From Labilibacter marinus (GTDB lineage Bacteria > Bacteroidota > Bacteroidia > Bacteroidales > Marinilabiliaceae), in the NCBI RefSeq assembly GCF_001659685.2, contig NZ_LXYE02000051.1:467-24466 (forward strand): DNA of 24,000 nt. Reading direction: 5' to 3'. The position numbers and the translations under genes are program-made. The first letter of the stretch is position 1. The number at the start of each line of letters is the position of its first letter. The notes below the pieces were generated by a model. That model was not told the DNA's origin, did no database searches, and saw only the letters and a program-made list of their open reading frames with translations. This document shows positions 19,045 to 24,000 of the stretch, piece by piece.

Positions 19045-20100
19045 ATGCAGAACAAAACGATAATAATATCTCCCATTTTAAAACTTGCCGGAATAATAAT
19101 TATTATTGCAGGACTCAAAGTTGCCAATTCTATTTTACTGCCACTTTTGTTAGCCTTATTTGTAAGTATAATCTGTGCACAACCCATATTATGGCTGATT
19201 AAAAAAAAGATTCCTAATTGGCTATCTATACTAATAGTATTATCTGGCTTATTAATTATTCTAATCGTATTAGCAAGTATAATAGGTAATTCACTTTCGC
19301 AGTTTACATCTAAACTTCCAAAGTATGAAGAAGGTCTAAATAATATATTAATATCATTAAGCCATCGGTTTAACTTTATAGAAAGTGGGATAAGTTTTGA
19401 TCAGATAATTGAACAAATAGATACCAGTAAAGTACTACAGTTTTCTAGTAATCTACTTGGTCAATTAGGTAATTTAATGTCAAACTCATTTGTAATTTTA
19501 CTGGTAACCATATTTATTCTTGCAGAAATGAATGTGGCCAACGTAAAAACCAAATTGTTAGAACAAGAATTTAGCCAATCGCTTGATTACTTAAATGAAG
19601 TAGGTAGAAAAATAAGACATTATTTATCGTTAAAAACGCTCATTAGTTTAATTACTGGTATATTAATTACCATTTGGTTGTTAATATTTAAAGTTGAATA
19701 TGCAATACTATGGGGTGTGATAGCTTTTCTTCTAAATTATATTCCGAATATTGGTTCAATTATTGCCGCCGTACCAACTATGCTATTGGCATTAGTTGAC
19801 ATAGGATTTTCTGGCTTTTTATGGACTGGAGTAGGCTATCTACTTGTAAATGTTTTAATGGGAAGTATTATTGAACCTAAGCTTATGGGTAGAGGTTTGG
19901 GATTATCTACCTTAGTAGTATTTATATCGCTCATTTTTTGGGGGTACATTTTTGGTGGTGTTGGAATGTTTTTGTCTATACCAATTACTATTTCGTTTAA
20001 AATAATACTCGAAAAAAATGAAAATACAAAATGGATATCACTACTTCTTTCCTCTGGTGAAGAAGTAGATAAAATGTTAAAAGCAAACACTAAAAACTAA
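19045..20100 (+). CDS. AI-2E-family (PerM/YdiK-like) transporter
   Basis: 351 aa with about 8 TM helices. It has the characteristic NYIPNIGSIIAAVP and GLSTLVVFISLIFWGYIFGGVGMFLSIP regions. Confidence 0.88.
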   Translation: MQNKTIIISPILKLAGIIIIIAGLKVANSILLPLLLALFVSIICAQPILWLIKKKIPNWLSILIVLSGLLIILIVLASIIGNSLSQFTSKLPKYEEGLNNILISLSHRFNFIESGISFDQIIEQIDTSKVLQFSSNLLGQLGNLMSNSFVILLVTIFILAEMNVANVKTKLLEQEFSQSLDYLNEVGRKIRHYLSLKTLISLITGILITIWLLIFKVEYAILWGVIAFLLNYIPNIGSIIAAVPTMLLALVDIGFSGFLWTGVGYLLVNVLMGSIIEPKLMGRGLGLSTLVVFISLIFWGYIFGGVGMFLSIPITISFKIILEKNENTKWISLLLSSGEEVDKMLKANTKN

Positions 20101-20184
20101 ACTTTAAAGTGATTTGCCAATTCAGATAGAACCTAAATACAAACCCTTACTTTGTGCAATCTCATAGGCAAAAATCAAGATGGA

Positions 20185-21603
20185 TTACAAATGTCTTTCT
20201 TCAACAATAATTTTAATCAATGTACCTTCAGGAAGAATTGCATCAGTATTACGACCATTAATCAATGCTATTAAGTCAGATTTTAAAAAACTATTATGAC
20301 GTTTGCATAATGTATCAAAACTATCCCCATGTTTACTTTTAACAACGCGTATTACTTTCTTGGTTATTTTATTCTTTTCAACATCTGTAAGTCTATGAAT
20401 GCTTAATACTGACTCTTTCAGTTTATCTTCTGCCGCTTTGGGGCCAATTCCTATTATCTTAAACATATGATTATCCATATTCATCCAAAGTGTATGAATA
20501 TACATGTCTTTACTTCCTGAATTATCCTGATAAGAAACCAAATAACCTTTATAATCATTTATCTTATAATAGTCTGAAAATAAAGGCTTAACGTCATTAT
20601 TTTTCTCAATGCCACGTATAAACTCAAGAGCCAATGTTTTGGGCGATTTAGACGCATCATCCATACCTAAAAATAAAGCTGCACTTTGATCTTTATTCAT
20701 CCCATTCACCGAAGTTGGTTGGTTCTCGGTATGCCAATCATCAGGAAATTGAAAAGAAAAATTTAATATAGGGTGGATGAAAGTGTTGTTTTCAAAAAAT
20801 CCTTTATCTGGGTTTGCACCAAATAGTAATGAGTTTAACGGTTGAGGAAAATCATTTGATATTTTTTCATTGCTCTCCCAATTTAATTTTGCTGAAGTCT
20901 TAGATATACTTTCTAATCTATCAGGAGTATATGGATGATCATTAAAATAACCTTTCTTCTCTTTTTGTTTAGTTAAGATTTCTATTGATTTGGACAGTCG
21001 TGTTAAAATAGATTTCATTGCATCAGGATCATATCCAGCTTTAGAGGCTAGAGTAACCCCTTCTTCATCCGATTCTTTTTCATGCGATCGACTATAAGAA
21101 GCCAGTAAAAGAGTATTACTTGTTGCAATAGGGGCAGTTAATATTCTACCTACATCTTCATTAATCACTTGTCCAACTATTCGTCCTGGCAATTCGAGCA
21201 ATTTAGGTATTATACTATTACCTAATTGTTTCACGGAGTGCCGATTTTGAGCATGTATAATTTCATGCGCCATAACACATGCTAACTCATCTTCACTAAC
21301 TATTATTGATAAAATACCTCTAGTTACATAGATATATCCACCTGGCGTGGCAAATGCATTGGGTATAGGGTCATCAACAACATGAAATTGATATTCAAAT
21401 AAAGGATTATCTAAGTGAGAGACTAGACGTTGACCAATGGCAGAAATATAGTTTGATAGACTTTCATGATCATAAATACCCATTTCGGCTTCAACCGATT
21501 TTGCACTCTCTGCCCCAAGCCTTTTATCAATTTCTATACTTTGCGAATAGAGACTAGTTGTAGAAAAATATAATAATATTATATAGAATATAAGTGTTTT
21601 CAT
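20185..21603 (-). CDS. Secreted M48-family zinc metallopeptidase with a C-terminal LysM domain
   Basis: 472 aa with a signal peptide and the HExxH motif in MAHEIIHAQNRH. The C-terminal LysM-like sequence is VVKSKHGDSFDTLCKRHNSFLKSDLIALINGRNTDAILPEGTLIKI. Confidence 0.85.
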   Translation of the reverse strand: MKTLIFYIILLYFSTTSLYSQSIEIDKRLGAESAKSVEAEMGIYDHESLSNYISAIGQRLVSHLDNPLFEYQFHVVDDPIPNAFATPGGYIYVTRGILSIIVSEDELACVMAHEIIHAQNRHSVKQLGNSIIPKLLELPGRIVGQVINEDVGRILTAPIATSNTLLLASYSRSHEKESDEEGVTLASKAGYDPDAMKSILTRLSKSIEILTKQKEKKGYFNDHPYTPDRLESISKTSAKLNWESNEKISNDFPQPLNSLLFGANPDKGFFENNTFIHPILNFSFQFPDDWHTENQPTSVNGMNKDQSAALFLGMDDASKSPKTLALEFIRGIEKNNDVKPLFSDYYKINDYKGYLVSYQDNSGSKDMYIHTLWMNMDNHMFKIIGIGPKAAEDKLKESVLSIHRLTDVEKNKITKKVIRVVKSKHGDSFDTLCKRHNSFLKSDLIALINGRNTDAILPEGTLIKIIVEERHL

Positions 21604-21714
21604 AAATGAAGGTCTAAGTAATAAATGAGTAGTTTAAACATTTAAACACCTTTTTATAACGAATGTTCAGTATACCTATTACTGGTAAATCGGTGTTCGT
21701 CATCACTTGTCAGC

Positions 21715-21786
21715 AAAAAAACACGCCAAGCCTTTACTGCACTTGTTTTACTTCATTTTAAAAAGCTAAAAACAAAAGCAGTAAAG
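21715..21786 (-). terminator. Long AT-rich hairpin plus T7 run, possible 3' end of the minus-strand noncoding transcript
   Basis: CTTTACTGC (21732-21740) pairs with GCAGTAAAG (21778-21786), and TTGTTTT (21743-21749) pairs with AAAACAA (21769-21775). On the minus strand the hairpin is followed, after 10 nt, by T7 (21715-21721). The spacing is non-canonical, so confidence is low. Confidence 0.3.
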
Positions 21787-22612
21787 CCCGTCATTAGAAA
21801 TCCGTTTGAACATCTCCGTAAACTCCGGGCTCAATCGTCTTTTCTATTTCCGGGTGCACCAGGTGCAGCTAAACCATGCATAGCCTGGTTGTCATGCTTT
21901 TTGCGTTCCGCCCTCTTCCTCACGGTAGCTCACTTGTATTTTCAAGCCTTTCGTATGCACTTCAATACTTAAAAATACAACCGCTGCCCATATTAGGCTC
22001 GCCTGCGCTCGCCAGTTGCTGCGCTTGTCACACTTTTTGCAATGGCCACTTACCTGCAAACACCTCTCAATATACTAATTCTGCTGGTGCGTGAGTCCTC
22101 TCGCGTTCCTAACCTAATTTACATGAGTTAGTTTATACCTAATAATAGCCCTTCCAATGCGCTTATTTGCATTTTTATTGATAACTGTTTTCTCATCAAC
22201 CGGTATTTTCAGTAACCCACAAAAGCAAAATGCATTCACTCCCGAGCATCCTAATGGTAGTTTTAATAAGTCGGTATTAGGAGGATCCACTCCCTTCATC
22301 CATTTTACTTTCCTTTGCCATCCCTCGCAAAAAATCCGCCAAGCTTGTGTTGGGTGCTAATCACTTATTAACGATATCACTATACAATAATATCACATGG
22401 TATTACCCGATACTTTTTTCATTTCATTAACCGCCCCCAACATATGCCATCCCTCTGTATTCGTACCTCATCCTCTCAGTTTGCCACAGCTGGCTCAACT
22501 CGCAGGCGGCTCGCACTACGTTCCCTTCGCTTCGGTGCAATACGCCATTTTACAAATGCCTGCTTGCTCCTTCGCCCTGCCGCTAGCTGTAGGCACCTTT
22601 ACCAAACTGTTC
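21715..22612 (-). ncRNA. Candidate large structured noncoding RNA(s), unclassified (G+C-rich core; the 5' boundary could lie anywhere up to 22822)
   Basis: There is no protein-like ORF in six frames. Hand count gives 377/840 G+C (45%) over 21781-22620, against 119/360 (33%) in the neighbouring M48 gene. The plus strand is strongly C>G (22 C vs 8 G in 22441-22500; 21 vs 13 in 22501-22560), so a minus-strand RNA would be purine/G-rich. Three G+C-rich blocks (about 21790-22115, 22215-22375, 22430-22612) are separated by AT-rich linkers. Several helices contain G-U pairs only when read on the minus strand. The region is bounded upstream by a strong minus-strand terminator and downstream by a hairpin plus T-run. 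Confidence 0.4.
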
Positions 22613-22822
22613 TTATCTGTGAAAAACTATTCCAGGGAATACTAATGGGCTTTCAAAAGTTAATTTGAAAGAATAAAAAGTAAAGGCCGTGCATAGTTTG
22701 GATGAAATTAAATTTCTTGCATCCAAAGCCTTGACTATTTTTATTCTTTCTGAAATAAAGGGTTGTTTACGCCCGTTAGTAAGCTCCTTATCCATTGTCC
22801 TCGAAAGAAATATTCGCCCATT

Positions 22823-22850
22823 AAAAAAGGCCCCTGATTTCTCAGAGACC
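22823..22850 (-). terminator. Rho-independent terminator of the two-gene unknown operon
   Basis: The minus strand reads GGTCTCTGA-GAAA-TCAGGGGCC followed by TTTTTT. This is a 9-bp stem (two G-U pairs) with a GNRA tetraloop and a U-tract, starting about 30 nt after the stop of the 60-aa ORF. Confidence 0.78.
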
Positions 22851-22882
22851 TCACAACAACCAACCATAAGTAGGGAACCAAC

Positions 22883-23065
22883 CTACTTTTTTTTAACCAA
22901 ACCAACTAAATATCTTAATAGCATTGAAACGACAAAACTAACTACAGTTCCAATAATGGCATAAACTATGGTTTCCATGATGTTTTCTAGAGCCACGCTT
23001 TTAAATAAGCTAACCAGGCACCCTCCTAAAAAACCCGCTTTCCCATCTTGTTGAACCTGTTCCAT
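22883..23065 (-). CDS. Small hydrophobic membrane protein (60 aa), unknown function
   Basis: MEQVQQDGKAGFLGGCLVSLFKSVALENIMETIVYAIIGTVVSFVVSMLLRYLVGLVKKK has one clear TM, possibly a second weak one, and a KKK tail. It is immediately followed by a canonical terminator. A 31-aa version starting at the internal Met is possible. Confidence 0.5.
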   Translation of the reverse strand: MEQVQQDGKAGFLGGCLVSLFKSVALENIMETIVYAIIGTVVSFVVSMLLRYLVGLVKKK

Positions 23066-23096
23066 TTTTGTAATCTTTTAAATCAAACCCCAAACC

Positions 23097-23139
23097 AATG
23101 ACCATCGACTAGTAAACTATTGACCAATGACTATTGACT
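23097..23139. repeat. Array of five 7-nt repeats (plus strand AWYGACY; minus strand RGTCRWT) in the intergenic spacer of the unknown operon
   Basis: Plus-strand units are AATGACC (23097-23103), ATCGACT (23104-23110), an 8-nt gap, ATTGACC (23119-23125), AATGACT (23126-23132) and ATTGACT (23133-23139). Confidence 0.6.
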
Positions 23140-23143
23140 AATA

Positions 23144-23899
23144 TTAAGGCATATCAACAGCTACCATGGCCAATGATCTGCTATCTTTATTGTTGATTAT
23201 ATAAAGCTCACCATTTACAGTTTGATAGTACTCTATACCCAATACCACAAACACAGGCTGGGTACTATTGGCCGAAATGGACGCGTTAGTATCAATCGTA
23301 GAAGCTACTTTCGAAGCAATATCAATAGCTGCAGATTGAACAACATCTACTTCAAATTCCGAATTGCTAAAGTCAACCCCTGCAACACCTACTGTTAAAC
23401 GAGCTTGTGTAGCTCCTTCAACCTGCTCTAATTCCATACTCGGATCAAAAAATTCTACAGAAACCTGTGCCTGACCAGTAGCTCTATCAAAAGAAACTGT
23501 GTAAGTAGCTTTAATAACCTCATCCAAACCTGTTTCTCCATTAAACTCAAATCCTTGGAGCAAATTCAAATCTCCATCAATCACATTTCTTTCACCTCTA
23601 CCATTAGTGGTATCCGCCTGCACTACTTTCAACATCGCAGTAGTCAAACGACTAGCCACCTTCTTATCTGCCGACTGTGAAATAGGAGCCTTAAAAACAC
23701 CTCTTAAAAGCTTACTCGCTTTTCCTGCTGCACCAAATTCAGCACCATTCTCTCTGGTCCTCGCGAATGCCGGATCATTTTTGATTCTATCACCATCCAC
23801 ACCACCTTTTGCTCGTGCCAGGTATTCGCCACCACTCTTGTAAAACGACAAATCGCCAATGCGACCTTCTAACTTAATAATTCCTTTTTGCCTTGCCAT
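23144..23899 (-). CDS. Hypothetical protein with a basic N-terminal half and an acidic beta-rich C-terminal half
   Basis: I start at Met17 of the track ORF (ATG 23899..23897): MARQKGIIKLEGRIGDLSFYKSGGEYLARAKGGVDGDRIKNDPAFARTRENGAEFGAAGKASKLLR... I recognise no enzymatic motif. Four hand-counted lines give 104/240 (43%) G+C, above the window norm. Confidence 0.7.
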   Translation of the reverse strand: MARQKGIIKLEGRIGDLSFYKSGGEYLARAKGGVDGDRIKNDPAFARTRENGAEFGAAGKASKLLRGVFKAPISQSADKKVASRLTTAMLKVVQADTTNGRGERNVIDGDLNLLQGFEFNGETGLDEVIKATYTVSFDRATGQAQVSVEFFDPSMELEQVEGATQARLTVGVAGVDFSNSEFEVDVVQSAAIDIASKVASTIDTNASISANSTQPVFVVLGIEYYQTVNGELYIINNKDSRSLAMVAVDMP

Positions 23900-24000
23900 A
23901 ACACACATTTTTAATGAACAATAGCAATGTAACGACTGTGATTCCACTAAAACAAATGAAGGTGTCCCAAGTGTCCTATATTGGATTCTTTGACACTAAA

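Noticed and set aside
21631-21647. Tandem TTTAAAC-A-TTTAAAC (includes a GTTTAAAC palindrome) just upstream of the M48 start.
   Set aside because: It is AT-rich low-complexity sequence in a promoter-proximal region. It does not match the Bacteroidota TAnnTTTG -7 consensus and I found no partner site.
22186-22200. Hammerhead-like TTGATGAGAAAAC on the minus strand.
   Set aside because: The CUGAUGA and GAAA core elements are contiguous with no stem II between them, and there are no flanking stems I or III.
21998-22505. Long-range 8-bp complementarity CGCCTGCG/CGCAGGCG between the blocks at about 22495 and about 22003.
   Set aside because: By my rough estimate, several such 8-mer complements are expected by chance within 1.1 kb. 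This is not evidence on its own.
22613-22795. Possible 60-aa minus-strand ORF (MDKELTNGRKQPFISERIKIVKALDARNLISSKL...) in the AT-rich stretch between the terminator and the G+C-rich core.
   Set aside because: The longer track version (to 22867) would run through the terminator. The short version has no recognisable motif, its C-terminal half is odd (FTFYSFKLTFESPLVFPGIVFHR), and it contains two hairpins (TTTGGATG/CATCCAAA and TTTCAAA/TTTGAAA). I cannot support it, but ribosome profiling or conservation could revive it.
21700-22850. Identity of the G+C-rich region with known housekeeping RNAs (tRNA, tmRNA, RNase P RNA, SRP/4.5S RNA, rRNA fragment).
   Set aside because: There is no GGTTCGAATCC-type T-arm and no CCA-ending acceptor. 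There is no GGAAAGTCCGG P4 motif, only a coincidental GTAAACTCC at 21818-21826 on the plus strand. SRP domain IV GGAAGCAGCC is absent, and none of the universal 16S or 23S motifs I know are present. All checks were made by eye from memory, so an Rfam scan is still needed.
21700-22850. ORF-less group II intron. The flavour is purine-rich, with CCGAAGCGAAGGGAAC and GTGCGAGCC on the minus strand.
   Set aside because: I see no domain V-like 34-nt hairpin (GAGCCGTAT...ATACGGTTC type), no clear GUGYG 5' end paired with a domain VI or AY 3' end, and no flanking disrupted gene.
21876-22964. Short ORFs inside the noncoding region: plus-strand 21876-22094, 22157-22360, 22397-22645, 22444-22668 and 22689-22964; minus-strand 22114-22299.
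   Set aside because: The plus strand here is pyrimidine-rich, so stop codons are rare and ORFs arise by chance. The translations are Cys/Ser/Pro/His/Leu-rich and not protein-like. Two of the ORFs overlap each other in different frames.
2187-23843. Track ORFs lying antisense to or nested in the large genes: 2187-2549, 3584-3913, 3741-3923, 4287-4484, 4494-4754, 5354-5542, 5690-5926, 6590-6805, 7391-7651, 8434-8628, 9285-9572, 10043-10405, 10437-10640, 10810-11013, 11180-11377, 13279-13485, 13576-13791, 14073-14312, 18209-18514, 19836-20090 and 23607-23843.
   Set aside because: Each is wholly or largely contained within a longer ORF that has recognisable family motifs. Their translations are low-complexity or Ser/Pro/Leu/Ile-rich shadow-frame products, with no independent evidence.
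1-24000. CRISPR arrays, IS elements, integrases, toxin-antitoxin pairs and known defence genes.
   Set aside because: There are no regularly spaced repeats of 24-48 nt, no transposase, integrase or recombinase-like ORFs, and no recognisable defence-system domains among the translated ORFs.

Overview
Low-G+C Bacteroidota-type chromosomal segment. I support 23 protein genes, 22 of them on the minus strand. No tRNA, rRNA, CRISPR array, transposase or integrase was seen. Left third (887-7287): a tightly packed MoxR ATPase / DUF58 / small TM protein / BatA / BatB-BatC fusion / BatD aerotolerance-type operon. Middle: a CsbD-like stress protein, two outer-membrane beta-barrels, an HdeD-like membrane protein and a Cys-type sulfatase. 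These are followed by a probable five-gene operon (ABC1/UbiB-type kinase, lipoprotein, App1-like phosphatidate phosphatase, YegS/DagK-type lipid kinase, AraC regulator). Next come a DUF1269-like glycine-zipper/coiled-coil protein, an AI-2E-family permease (the only plus-strand gene) and an M48 peptidase with a C-terminal LysM. Right end (about 21.7-24.0 kb) is the unusual part and is compositionally distinct. By hand count it is about 43-45% G+C, against about 33% in the adjacent M48 gene. It holds a two-gene operon of unknown function: a 251-aa protein with a basic N-terminal half and an acidic C-terminal half, a heptamer-repeat spacer, then a 60-aa membrane protein ending in a clean intrinsic terminator. 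Downstream lies about 0.9-1.1 kb (21715-22822) with no credible ORF, G+C-rich blocks and strong strand asymmetry; the minus-strand transcript would be G/A-rich. This stretch contains several helices whose G-U pairs only work on the minus strand. I read it as one or more large structured noncoding RNAs of a family I cannot recognise. Decayed foreign coding sequence is the main alternative.
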